Below, piece after piece: positions 8,675 through 17,275 of a DNA stretch of 64,000 nt. Source of the stretch: Candidatus Omnitrophota bacterium (GTDB taxonomy: Bacteria; Omnitrophota; Gorgyraeia; JABMRN01; RBG-13-46-9); contig JADHYN010000003.1 in the NCBI GenBank assembly GCA_016782425.1, positions 36,821-100,820 on the forward strand, given 5' to 3'. Position numbers and translations under genes: made by a program. Below the pieces are notes generated by a model. It saw nothing but the letters and a program-made list of their open reading frames with translations, made no database searches and was not told where the DNA came from. Position 1 is the first letter of the stretch. Each line of letters opens with the position of its first letter.

Positions 8675-10189
8675 TTATTTATACCCGTAGATTTCTTTTT
8701 TCAGCAGTCTGGCAACGTCTTTGCGCTTCACAATTTTTAAAAATACCTTGACTACTGTAGGATCAAACTGCATTCCTGAATTTTTTTCGATTTCTTGGAT
8801 GGCCCTGTTTATGGGAAGCGTGATCCTGTAGGACCTTTTTGTAATCATGGCTTCAAAGGCGGCGACAATAGCCATGATACGTGCTCCCATCGGAATGTTC
8901 CCTCCCTTTAATCCCTTTGGATACCCCGTTCCGTCAAAATTTTCATGATGGTACATTATTATGGGCGCGATCGATTTAAGCGATTTCAGGGATTTTATTA
9001 TTCTTGCGCCTTTTAGAGGATGTTCTTTTATTAATCTGTATTCTTTATCGGTGAGCTTTCCTTTTTTTCGTAAGACCTCATCGGGAACCATGAGTTCGCC
9101 CGCATCGTGTAGCAGGGTGGCGTATTGCAGCGTCTTGAGCTCGTGCTGTCTCATGTCGAACTCCTGACCGATCAAATGGACGATTCGCAAGAAGCTGGTT
9201 TTTGGCTTGCCTATTCCGGTACCCTTACTTTCAATAATCTGGGCTAGCGCTTTGATGCTTCCCATGGTCAGCTTTTCCTGTTCCCTGTAGAGCTGGGCGT
9301 TCTTTATGGCAATAGCGGATTGTTCGGCAAGGGTTTTCATTATTTCAACGTCAAAATTATCAAATGGCTGGTTGTCTACCTTATCGTATAGAGTAATGAC
9401 GCCTATGGTCTCCTCGTCGATAAGAGGTGTTGCCAGGTACTGGTTGCTCCATATCGATTTTTCGTATTTAACTGCTTTACCAGGCGCCCACCTTCCTATT
9501 TTTACCTTTTTTAATTTGGCTTTCTTTGTCCTGAGGTCTACGGTGGCTTTTGGGAGGAGTGTTTTTTTCTTGCTGTCCAGCAATTTTATCGAACATCGGT
9601 TCGCCTTTATGATTTGCATCGAAAGCCTGGCTATCCGCGATAGAAGCTCGTCCAGGTATAAGGATGAGCTTATCAGCCGGTGGACGGTATGTACGGTTGA
9701 AAGGGCTATGGCGCGTGGCTGTATCGTCTTATAAAGCTGATTTAAATCTAATTCTTTTTTTGTCCCGCGCAAGGTAGTTTCGACAAAATAGGCAAAGAAA
9801 GCGATCATGGGCGGCGGGGGCTCCTTTTGGAGTCTCCAGGCTATTATGTAGCCGAAAGCCTCGTTGTTATCGACAAGGGGAAAGCAGAAACCGTAATTAG
9901 TTACGGAGCACTTAAACGACTCGTTCTTTTTGGACTTCTCGGCTTTTTTTATGGTGCTATTAACCATTCGAATACAGCTTTTTCTGGCGTGCTCGCCTTT
10001 TTTAAGAGATTTACATAACACGCGCGCTAATTTCTTTTCGCTCATTGCGCTTTCTCTACTTATGAGGCACATTACAAAGGGGCCGAGGAGCTTGGATGAA
10101 ATAGTCGTTACTCTTTTTAAGTCGACATTTTTCTCCAGGTAGTTTAAAAATTCTTTTTGCCTTTCGGTTTTTTCAAAACTATTCTTCAT
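8675..10189 (-). CDS. GAF domain / HD-GYP domain phosphodiesterase
   Basis: 504 aa. The central region is GAF-like. The C-terminal HD-GYP domain shows LLHDAGE and HHENFDGTGYPKGL. Confidence 0.8.
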   Translation of the reverse strand: MKNSFEKTERQKEFLNYLEKNVDLKRVTTISSKLLGPFVMCLISRESAMSEKKLARVLCKSLKKGEHARKSCIRMVNSTIKKAEKSKKNESFKCSVTNYGFCFPLVDNNEAFGYIIAWRLQKEPPPPMIAFFAYFVETTLRGTKKELDLNQLYKTIQPRAIALSTVHTVHRLISSSLYLDELLSRIARLSMQIIKANRCSIKLLDSKKKTLLPKATVDLRTKKAKLKKVKIGRWAPGKAVKYEKSIWSNQYLATPLIDEETIGVITLYDKVDNQPFDNFDVEIMKTLAEQSAIAIKNAQLYREQEKLTMGSIKALAQIIESKGTGIGKPKTSFLRIVHLIGQEFDMRQHELKTLQYATLLHDAGELMVPDEVLRKKGKLTDKEYRLIKEHPLKGARIIKSLKSLKSIAPIIMYHHENFDGTGYPKGLKGGNIPMGARIMAIVAAFEAMITKRSYRITLPINRAIQEIEKNSGMQFDPTVVKVFLKIVKRKDVARLLKKEIYGYK

Positions 10190-10194
10190 GATAT

Positions 10195-11349
10195 TTACAC
10201 CTTCTTGTAGGGGTCAAAAAACTTTTTATATTCGTCAAGTGCATAGCGATCGGTCATCCCCGCTATGTAATCACGCACGACTATGTATTTTGTTTCCTTC
10301 TTGAGCCTTGCTGCTTGCGAAGACGGAAGCTGCTCGGGATTTTGGGTATAGGCTTCGAAGAGATCCCTTATTATCCTCGAGGCCTTTTGGGACATTCTTA
10401 TGACTCTATAGTGCTGGTAAAGATTTTTTGCAAGGAACTTTTTAAAGGGCCTTCGTAAAACATCCATTTCGCCCGAGAAAAGCACTATTCTTTCCGGAAG
10501 TTTTCTTACACTGCTGGGCGATTTAATTTTGTACTTTTTTATCCTTTTTTCGGTGTTCTTTATGAGGTCGGTTACCTGCATGTCGATAAGGGTTCTTACT
10601 ATCTGTGATTTTTTTATTTTCTTATTTATCTTCGGATAATCTTGTTTTATGGTACGGGAGGTATTTTCCCACAATTTTATATCGCTTAAGCTTTCTTCCT
10701 TTATGAGGTCGCTGGTTAATCCGTCGTCTAAATCGTGATTATCATATGCAATCTCGTCAGCGATATCCACGGCCTGTATTTCCAACGACGGCAAGCCCTT
10801 GCTTTCAAAAGGGATATAAGGTCGTGGCGTATCGAAAGGCGTCGAGTGTTTTATGATCCCCTCCCTTACCTCGTGAGTTAAATTGAGGCCCGGGAATTGT
10901 GGATATATTTCTTCCAAGAGATCAACAACCCTTAACCCCTGGGAGTTGTGGTCAAAACCGCCGTGGTCTGCCATTAACTCCCGCAGGGTCTCTTCACCGG
11001 AATGTCCGAATGGAGTATGCCCAAGGTCGTGCGCCAGCGCAATGGCTTCTACGAGCTCGATGTTTAGCCTGAGTGCCCTGGCTATGGTCTTGGCAAGCTG
11101 GGCCACTTCAAGGGTGTGCGTAAGTCGCGTTCTATAGTGATCACCTTCGTGATTGACAAAAACTTGCGTTTTATATTCTAATCTTCGGAAGGCGGTTGAA
11201 TAAATAATCCTGTCTTTATCTCTTTGATACGCGGATCTGTAAGGGTGCTCTTTTTCTTTATAAACGCGGCCTTGTGTTTCCTTAGATTTTGTGGCATAAG
11301 GCGCCAGTATCAAATACTCCTCTTTTTCGATTTCTTTTCTGGTCAGCAT
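10195..11349 (-). CDS. dgt: dGTP triphosphohydrolase-like HD protein
   Basis: 384 aa with FRRLEYKTQVF, RTRLTHTLEVAQ and AHDLGHTPFGH, typical of the Dgt subfamily. Confidence 0.85.
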   Translation of the reverse strand: MLTRKEIEKEEYLILAPYATKSKETQGRVYKEKEHPYRSAYQRDKDRIIYSTAFRRLEYKTQVFVNHEGDHYRTRLTHTLEVAQLAKTIARALRLNIELVEAIALAHDLGHTPFGHSGEETLRELMADHGGFDHNSQGLRVVDLLEEIYPQFPGLNLTHEVREGIIKHSTPFDTPRPYIPFESKGLPSLEIQAVDIADEIAYDNHDLDDGLTSDLIKEESLSDIKLWENTSRTIKQDYPKINKKIKKSQIVRTLIDMQVTDLIKNTEKRIKKYKIKSPSSVRKLPERIVLFSGEMDVLRRPFKKFLAKNLYQHYRVIRMSQKASRIIRDLFEAYTQNPEQLPSSQAARLKKETKYIVVRDYIAGMTDRYALDEYKKFFDPYKKV

Positions 11350-11359
11350 CTCGTAGTTT

Positions 11360-11842
11360 TTAGCCCTTCAACAAATTGTATATCTCATCAAGCGAATATG
11401 AAACGATTTTTACATCCGATACGACCGGCATAAAGTTTGTGTCGCCCACCCATCTGGGTACAATATGTATATGGACGTGGCCCGGGAACCCGGCCCCGGC
11501 AATTTTCCCTATATTTAAGCCGATATTATAACCAGAGGGTTTAAGCCGTTTATCTATTTTTTTCTTTGTATGATTTAAAAGGTCCATGAGGTCCAGGAGT
11601 TCATCTTTTTTTAACAGTTCCAGGCTCTTGATATGCCGGTACGGTGCGATCATTACATGCGCATTATTGTATGGATAACGGTTTAAGATCGAAAAAGCAC
11701 TTTTATTTCTTTTTAAGATGTAATTCCTTCGGTCGGAGGCCAGTTTTTCTTTACCGATGCAAAATATGCAACGCTTACTTTTTTTTAAAGTTATATATTT
11801 TTTCCGCCAAGGTGCCCATATTTTATCCATGGATTCCCCCAA
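11360..11842 (-). CDS. HIT family nucleotide hydrolase/phosphorylase (Ap4A-phosphorylase-like branch)
   Basis: 160 aa with the N-terminal APWRKKYI...CIFC pattern and the histidine triad GHVHIHIVPR. Confidence 0.8.
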   Translation of the reverse strand: MGESMDKIWAPWRKKYITLKKSKRCIFCIGKEKLASDRRNYILKRNKSAFSILNRYPYNNAHVMIAPYRHIKSLELLKKDELLDLMDLLNHTKKKIDKRLKPSGYNIGLNIGKIAGAGFPGHVHIHIVPRWVGDTNFMPVVSDVKIVSYSLDEIYNLLKG

Positions 11843-11848
11843 TCCTAT

Positions 11849-12340
11849 TTACGACAATTTCACTATTCTTCCCGTTATCTCTTTTCCTACTTCCAGGATT
11901 CCGAAGCTGTTATAGGCAGCGAAAACCTTGTCTGTTGGGCTGCCCGGGTTAAAGAAAAGAGTCTTTTTAATCTTCTCATTAAACGGCGAATGAGAATGAC
12001 CGAATACTATAACGTCAACCCTCGTAAACTCTTTTGCTACCGCATCCGCAACCCTGGCTCGAGGCCCGTATCCGTGTATCAAACCTATTTTAAATCCCTC
12101 CACCTCAATTATTTCTTTTTGCAGAAGCGCTGCTTTTACCTCGGGCATATCCATATTGCCGTAGACGGCATGTGTGGGTGCTATCTTTTGCAGCCTTTCC
12201 AAGAGAGCCATCTCGTCAATGTCTCCTGCGTGAAGTATCATGTCAACGTTTTGTAATTCCCTGTATACGCTTTCGGGTAGGTCGGGCGCCGTCTTCGGAA
12301 TATGCGTGTCAGAAATAACGCCTATTTTTTTTATCTGCAT
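11849..12340 (-). CDS. YfcE/MJ0936-family metallophosphoesterase
   Basis: 163 aa with metallophosphoesterase motifs: ISDTH, HAGD, GNMD and VFGHSH. Confidence 0.8.
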   Translation of the reverse strand: MQIKKIGVISDTHIPKTAPDLPESVYRELQNVDMILHAGDIDEMALLERLQKIAPTHAVYGNMDMPEVKAALLQKEIIEVEGFKIGLIHGYGPRARVADAVAKEFTRVDVIVFGHSHSPFNEKIKKTLFFNPGSPTDKVFAAYNSFGILEVGKEITGRIVKLS

Positions 12341-13965
12341 ATCAGGTCGTGTTTTTTATAGAGTCTTAAGATGGCATTGATATTTTCGAGATTCCACACC
12401 CATATGTTTCTCTCCTTGGCCAGCAAGAGGGCGTTCGAATCGATCCCGCCGAGTGCCACGCATATCTTTTTCGCCACCTTATCGCGCATCGGATAGTAGC
12501 GTTCGATAAAATTCAGGATAGCCAATTCGTCGGTCTTGTCCCGCCCTACCTGGAACACCCAGTATTTATGCGACAGTTGACATGCGACGAGATCGACACA
12601 TTTTTCGCGCTTTTCGCTTTCAACATTGACAAACCGCGGAAGCTTTCTGTGTCTTTTTTCGATTTCTACCACCTCCCCGTTGAAAAGCAAAAGGAGTTCT
12701 TTTATATGTTCGGTTATATCTTTCTGGCGTTCTGTCAAATATTCATCTATATCGTCCTTGACATCTTCTTTAAAATCGTTTGTCCGGCTTACGATATCAT
12801 CGACAAGGGATGTTTTCTTTTTATGATATACGGTTTTCAGCCAGAATTTAAACACCTTGTCGAATACCTCATAGAATACCCCGTTTTTATAAACTATATC
12901 CAGTTCTGCAAGATGCGAGGTCTTACGGGTAAAGCCACCGGGATTCTTTTTGTCAAACCACCTTGCTATGTCTTTTAATGTATTAAAACCACAGGCCACG
13001 GCTATGAGCACGTCTAAATAATCCTCTCTTAAGCCTTTTTCAAAGAGGTTCATTATGTTGTTTGTAAAATACTGGTTAATGGTTCCGTTAGTGTTGTACA
13101 TGAGCGAGGTAAACGCCTCGATTATGACATCTTCGCCTATGGAGATGAGTCTGCGGGAATTCGCGATTTCCGCTATTTTCTTCGATATGGCGTCGAGATA
13201 AAACGGGTTTCTATCCGTGAAATCGATGAGATATTCAAGATGGCCTTGCCCGATGGTGCAGCTTTGGAGCTTTTCCTCCAGAAATGCCCGCGCTGTTTTG
13301 TTATCAAATCCGGAAACCTCTATGATTTCGAAATTGCCGTATAAAAGCGCCAGTTTCTCCGAGAGTATCTTTTTTATGGTGTTTTTCTGTGAACTCGAGA
13401 CTATATACATGGTATCCTTCTGGATCATCATGATTTTTCCGAAATGGAGATAGGGCTTTTTTATCTTTAAAAACTCCAGATTGTGAAATTCATCCAGAAT
13501 AACGACACAGGACTTACCCGTTTCTTCCTTGAGGGTCGAGGTGAGGTTTAAGAGCTTCCTGTAAGCGTCGTTGTAATTTTTTCTGGATAGCTCGCTTTTT
13601 ACCTTTTTTATGGCAAGCGTGGTGTGCGGGATAAGGGGTTCTGCCTTTTCCATGAGATTCGAAAGATCCTTCTCGGCCTCAAGCTCCAAGGAGATAAGAT
13701 AGTTATAAAGAAGAGTTGCTATGAATTTGTCGACAAACGATGAAAAAGGCTCTTCGACGACTTCTATATAGATGGGAATAAGCGAGCGGTCTTTGAGCGT
13801 GTGTAGGAATTGATGCAAGATAGATGACTTCCCGGCGAGCATCTGTCCTGTCAGGGCGACGTTCTGCCTATAGCCGCCTTTGAGGGCGTTTACCCTTTTT
13901 TCCAAGATGCCGAGAATTTTTTCCCTGCCGAAGAAAGCTTTGTCTACAGCCGGTTCACTTAACAT
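12331..13965 (-). CDS. Arch_ATPase-type P-loop ATPase with DUF234-like (endonuclease-fold-like) C-terminus
   Basis: 544 aa with FFGREKIL, Walker A GQMLAGKSS and Walker B VVILDEFH. The C-terminal VDLVAC...WVFQVG segment resembles the DUF234 pattern; that domain assignment is from memory. Confidence 0.55.
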   Translation of the reverse strand: MLSEPAVDKAFFGREKILGILEKRVNALKGGYRQNVALTGQMLAGKSSILHQFLHTLKDRSLIPIYIEVVEEPFSSFVDKFIATLLYNYLISLELEAEKDLSNLMEKAEPLIPHTTLAIKKVKSELSRKNYNDAYRKLLNLTSTLKEETGKSCVVILDEFHNLEFLKIKKPYLHFGKIMMIQKDTMYIVSSSQKNTIKKILSEKLALLYGNFEIIEVSGFDNKTARAFLEEKLQSCTIGQGHLEYLIDFTDRNPFYLDAISKKIAEIANSRRLISIGEDVIIEAFTSLMYNTNGTINQYFTNNIMNLFEKGLREDYLDVLIAVACGFNTLKDIARWFDKKNPGGFTRKTSHLAELDIVYKNGVFYEVFDKVFKFWLKTVYHKKKTSLVDDIVSRTNDFKEDVKDDIDEYLTERQKDITEHIKELLLLFNGEVVEIEKRHRKLPRFVNVESEKREKCVDLVACQLSHKYWVFQVGRDKTDELAILNFIERYYPMRDKVAKKICVALGGIDSNALLLAKERNIWVWNLENINAILRLYKKHDLICR

Positions 13966-13989
13966 AGTACGTTCCTATCTGACGGTGCG

Positions 13990-14652
13990 TCATGGCAAAT
14001 AATAAAACGGATTTTGTGGTTTGTGATTTTTTCTTATTTCAAAATGAAGAGTCGGCTTTTGTGCCCTTCCGGTCTTGCCGACCTTCGCTATTACTTCACC
14101 CTGCTTTACCCGTTGGTCTGGATTAACAAGATTTTGTTTGTTATACGCATACACGGTTTGGAGTCCGCCAGGATGGTCTATTATAATAGTTTTGCCGTAA
14201 CCCTTCATGTGATCACTGGCGAATGTTACCCTCCCACTCAGGGAGGCGACAACATTAGAACCATCACGAGCCTGTATGTTTAGGCCCTTATTTTTTACCA
14301 TATTATTCATCGAGCCGAAATACGAGACAATAATCCCTTTTACGGGCCATATAAAATTTTCCGACTTGGAACTTTTAACATAAACTTTTTTTCGGCCAGG
14401 GTCGCGGATTTCCGGGACAAAAACAAGCTGGCCGACTTCTATTTTACTCGCATCAGGCAGGCGATTCGCCCTGATGATTTTTTCAAGATCAACATTGTAT
14501 ATCCTGGATATGTTCCACAGGGTTTGGCCTCTTTCAACTTCGTGGTAAATTCCAGGAGTTGAGGTTCTTCCGATATCGGTTGGGTGGTACGCCACCGTAG
14601 CACAACCGCTTAAAAATATTACCAACAATAAACTTAAATATAACCGTTTCAT
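13990..14652 (-). CDS. LysM domain / M23 peptidase lipoprotein (NlpD-like)
   Basis: 220 aa with lipobox LSGC, a LysM domain (YHEVERGQTLWNISRIYNVDLEKIIRAN) and an M23 core (IIDHPGGLQTVYAY...PTLHFEIR). Confidence 0.85.
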   Translation of the reverse strand: MKRLYLSLLLVIFLSGCATVAYHPTDIGRTSTPGIYHEVERGQTLWNISRIYNVDLEKIIRANRLPDASKIEVGQLVFVPEIRDPGRKKVYVKSSKSENFIWPVKGIIVSYFGSMNNMVKNKGLNIQARDGSNVVASLSGRVTFASDHMKGYGKTIIIDHPGGLQTVYAYNKQNLVNPDQRVKQGEVIAKVGKTGRAQKPTLHFEIRKNHKPQNPFYYLP

Positions 14653-14770
14653 CTTATGGGAAAAAGATTGTTAAGAAAAAACCGTTAGGTTTTGTCTTAA
14701 ATCCAGTTAACGTTATCAACTTTCCTTCCAGTTAGGAAGGGGTACAGCCATCTTTTTTGAAAGAGGAACA

Positions 14771-14820
14771 TTAAGGAGAAAACTTTTTTAAAGAAACCTA
14801 GAAAAAAGTTGTCTCCTTAA
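14771..14820. repeat. 19-bp inverted repeat (one mismatch) with 12-nt spacer
   Basis: TTAAGGAGAAAACTTTTTT (14771-14789) pairs with AAAAAAGTTGTCTCCTTAA (14802-14820). The arms carry AAGGAG and CTCCTT. Confidence 0.85.
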
Positions 14821-14823
14821 ACA

Positions 14824-14910
14824 GGTGCGGGCGCAAGCCCCGCCTTATTTCTCGTTAGCGGGCTGAAGCGAAAAAAGAGAAATCCGCACTTTTTTCGCTG
14901 AAGCCGCACC
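14824..14910 (-). other. candidate structured RNA element with mutually exclusive pairings, directly 3' of tRNA-Gly
   Basis: There is an imperfect hairpin at 14858-14876 / 14890-14907. Its loop, GAGAAATCCGCAC, is complementary to GTGCGG (14825-14830) and ATTTCTC (14847-14853). A GC hairpin lies at 14827-14843. GGTGCGG (14824-30) can also pair with CCGCACC (14904-10). Confidence 0.35.
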
Positions 14911-14918
14911 TTGTAGAG

Positions 14919-14989
14919 AGCGGCTAGCGGGGATCGAACCCGCGTAACCAGCTTGGGAAGCTGGCACACTACCATTGTGTTATAGCCGC
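14919..14989 (-). tRNA. tRNA-Gly (anticodon CCC)
   Basis: A manual cloverleaf fits: acceptor GCGGCTA/TAGCCGC, D stem ACAC/GTGT, anticodon stem CCAGC/GCTGG with loop TTCCCAA, and T arm GCGGG-TTCGATC-CCCGC. CCA is not encoded. The 5' end overlaps the thiC stop region by 10 nt. Confidence 0.85.
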
Positions 14990-16275
14990 CTTCTTCCCTT
15001 CAAACATTTCTCGCTTATTTTAAGAGAACAATATTCGCTACACATCGTACAAACGTCTTTTATCGCAGGGGTTGAACTTTTTCTATACCTTTTGCACTTT
15101 TCCGGGTCGATCGCGAGTTTGAATTGCCGCTTCCAGTTCCGTGAAACCCGGGCACCTGATATCGCAATGTCTTTTTCGACTGCACCGGGCACATTTTTTG
15201 CGACATCCGCAGCGTGAGCCGCAAGCTTTGCTGCTACAACCCCGTCTTTAACATCCTCTATGGTCGGAAGCCTTAAGTGTTCCGCCGGCGTTACGTAGCA
15301 CAGAAAATCAGCTCCGTATCCCGCTGCTATAGCTCCGCCGATAGCACTTGTTATATGGTCATATCCGGGTGCTATATCGGTAACAATCGGACCCAATACG
15401 TAGAAGGGTGCGCCGTTACATATAGATTTTTCCAATTCCACGTTGGCTTTTATCTGGTTTAGAGGGACATGTCCGGGACCCTCGATGATGACCTGTACGC
15501 CTTTTTTAAAGGCCCTCTTTTGTAAATGGCCGAGCGTTAATAATTCGTCGATTTGCGGATCGTCGGTTGCGTCTACGATAGCGCCGGGTCTCATTCCGTC
15601 TCCGAGACTCAAAGTTATGTCGAATTCTTTCGCGATATCGACTATCTCGTCAAACATACTGTATAACGGGTTTTCTTTGGAGTTTTCGAGCATCCAATTC
15701 ACGAGAATAGCCCCGCCCCTTGAGACGATGCCCATAAGGCGGCTACTTCTCTTTAAGGAATTCAGTGTTTTTTGCGTTACCCCGGCATGTATCGTGAAAA
15801 AATCCACGCCTTCTTTTGCCTGTGCCTCTATGGCTTTAATAAAAAAACTCTCCGGGATTTTGCCGAGGCTGCCGTACTTTTTGCGACCGAGAATTGCAAT
15901 TTCGTAAACGGGCACGGTTCCTAAGGGTATATTCGACTTCTCAAGAATCCTCGCCCTTACCCTTTTTAAGTCCTTGCTTGTAGAAAGATCCATGACGGTG
16001 TCTGCGCCCAAACCCTCGGCAGCCTTTAGTTTCTTCAGTTCAAAATTTATGCTTGAGTAGTCTTTGGAGGTCCCGATATTTGCGTTGATCTTTGTTCGCA
16101 AACCCCTACCTATGGCGCAGGGTTTTTTGAAAGACCTCGCCTTATTTTTTGGAATAACGGCTGTTCCGTTGGCGAGGTTTTTGAGTAGTTCTCTTGTCTC
16201 TACACCTTCGGCTCTGGATATTTTTTTAACAAAGGGCGATTGTATGCCCTTTATTGATTTTTCAATTAGAGTCAC
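14980..16275 (-). CDS. thiC: phosphomethylpyrimidine synthase
   Basis: 431 aa, short-form ThiC, with a conserved core (GTVPVYE, FFTIHAG, GPGHVPL) and the C-terminal Cys triad CTMCSEYC. Confidence 0.9.
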   Translation of the reverse strand: MTLIEKSIKGIQSPFVKKISRAEGVETRELLKNLANGTAVIPKNKARSFKKPCAIGRGLRTKINANIGTSKDYSSINFELKKLKAAEGLGADTVMDLSTSKDLKRVRARILEKSNIPLGTVPVYEIAILGRKKYGSLGKIPESFFIKAIEAQAKEGVDFFTIHAGVTQKTLNSLKRSSRLMGIVSRGGAILVNWMLENSKENPLYSMFDEIVDIAKEFDITLSLGDGMRPGAIVDATDDPQIDELLTLGHLQKRAFKKGVQVIIEGPGHVPLNQIKANVELEKSICNGAPFYVLGPIVTDIAPGYDHITSAIGGAIAAGYGADFLCYVTPAEHLRLPTIEDVKDGVVAAKLAAHAADVAKNVPGAVEKDIAISGARVSRNWKRQFKLAIDPEKCKRYRKSSTPAIKDVCTMCSEYCSLKISEKCLKGRRRL

Positions 16276-16897
16276 GTTTATACCTTTCCACTTCTCGAAT
16301 TAAACTTTTTGCACGAGGTGTGGCTCTCGCAACACAAACGCCATCCGCCCCCGCTTCCAGTGCCTCTTTCAGGTTCTTTTCGTTAATTCCGCCGATAGCA
16401 AAAAGAGGTATCGAAGCGTGTCTTTTTATCTTTTTAATAAAGTGTACCCCTTGTTTCCTTAAAGTCTTTTTAAGAGGCGTGGCAAATATGGGCCCTACGC
16501 TTATATAATTTATTTTTTCGAATTTAATTTTTTTTATTTCTCCAACCCTGTGCACTGTTTTTCCGATTATGCCCCGAGGCGTTAAAAGGAGGCGTGCGGT
16601 TCGAAGAGGCATATCGGCCTCTCCCATATGTATCCCGCCTGCTTTGCTTGCCAGCGCAACATCCGGCCTGTCGTTTATAATCAAAACCCCTCGAGCTTTA
16701 TTCGCTAACTGCTGGATATTCTTTGCGATGCCGACAAGTTTATACGAAGGGCAGTTTTTGTATCTCAACTGGACAACATTCACTCCAGATTTGAACAGGG
16801 AAAGCGCTATTTTTTCGGGGTCCTTACGCTTTATTACCTTGCTGTCAATTATGCCGTAGACTTTCCAGTTTGATGCGGGATTTTTTCTCAAGCTCAT
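16262..16897 (-). CDS. thiE: thiamine-phosphate synthase
   Basis: 211 aa with a TMP-TENI fold pattern (VQLRYKN, INDRPDVA, GGIHMG, GPIFATP.K, AIGGI). Its 5' end overlaps the upstream ORF by 53 nt. Confidence 0.85.
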   Translation of the reverse strand: MSLRKNPASNWKVYGIIDSKVIKRKDPEKIALSLFKSGVNVVQLRYKNCPSYKLVGIAKNIQQLANKARGVLIINDRPDVALASKAGGIHMGEADMPLRTARLLLTPRGIIGKTVHRVGEIKKIKFEKINYISVGPIFATPLKKTLRKQGVHFIKKIKRHASIPLFAIGGINEKNLKEALEAGADGVCVARATPRAKSLIREVERYKRDSN

Positions 16898-17270
16898 ATA
16901 CCCTGAAACGTATTTTCTTGAAACTTTCCGATGTCCGTTTGTTTAAAAGTTTTGCGATTTCCTCAAGGACCCTCAAGGATTCCTTTGCGCGCTCGGCATT
17001 TGCACAAAAAATATCCGGGATGTTTTTCCTTTTTCCTTCCCGGAAACCAGTTTTTCGGCCGATGTCCTTTTTTACGTTTCTAGACTTTAAAAGGATGGCA
17101 TTTTCCTTATTCAATCTCTTCGTAAGCGCACCGATTCTGTGCCGCAAAATTTTAAAAGAACGGGTTAACTTTTTATCGTTTAATATAAACCGCGCTATGT
17201 CCTCGCAAACCCTCAAGCCCTCGCGTGATCTGTTCAGGTTCGCGTCAACGAGCCTTAATGTTTTATTCAT
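16845..17270 (-). CDS. ThiE-associated ThiD2-like domain protein (tentative)
   Basis: 141 aa beginning LRLVDANLNRSREGLRVCEDIARF, with a second SLRVLEEIAKL repeat. From memory, this resembles the N-terminal extension or companion of ThiE in some deep-branching bacteria. Confidence 0.45.
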   Translation of the reverse strand: MNKTLRLVDANLNRSREGLRVCEDIARFILNDKKLTRSFKILRHRIGALTKRLNKENAILLKSRNVKKDIGRKTGFREGKRKNIPDIFCANAERAKESLRVLEEIAKLLNKRTSESFKKIRFRVYELEKKSRIKLESLRHN

Positions 17271-17275
17271 GAGAA

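Noticed and set aside
10195-11349. Calling the Dgt-like protein an anti-phage dGTPase on its own.
   Set aside because: Its sequence and length are typical of the widespread housekeeping Dgt-like subfamily. There are no adjacent mobile or defence hallmark genes. It is mentioned only as part of the block-level hypothesis.
14690-14770. A 24-codon ORF on the minus strand (AUG at about 14770, MFLFQKRWLYPFLTGRKVDNVNWI) and a plus-strand promoter-like TTGTCT-16 nt-TATCAA with the CCTTCC/GGAAGG hairpin.
   Set aside because: The ORF has no SD, and its start is buried in the 3' arm of the long inverted repeat. The plus-strand hairpin is not directly followed by a T-tract. Neither can be supported from sequence alone. 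Both are covered by the structured-spacer finding.
14919-14989. tRNA-Gly as an integration hotspot for a genomic island.
   Set aside because: There is no integrase, no direct repeat of the tRNA 3' end and no phage or transposon genes on either side. The flanking genes are housekeeping (thiC and nlpD-like).
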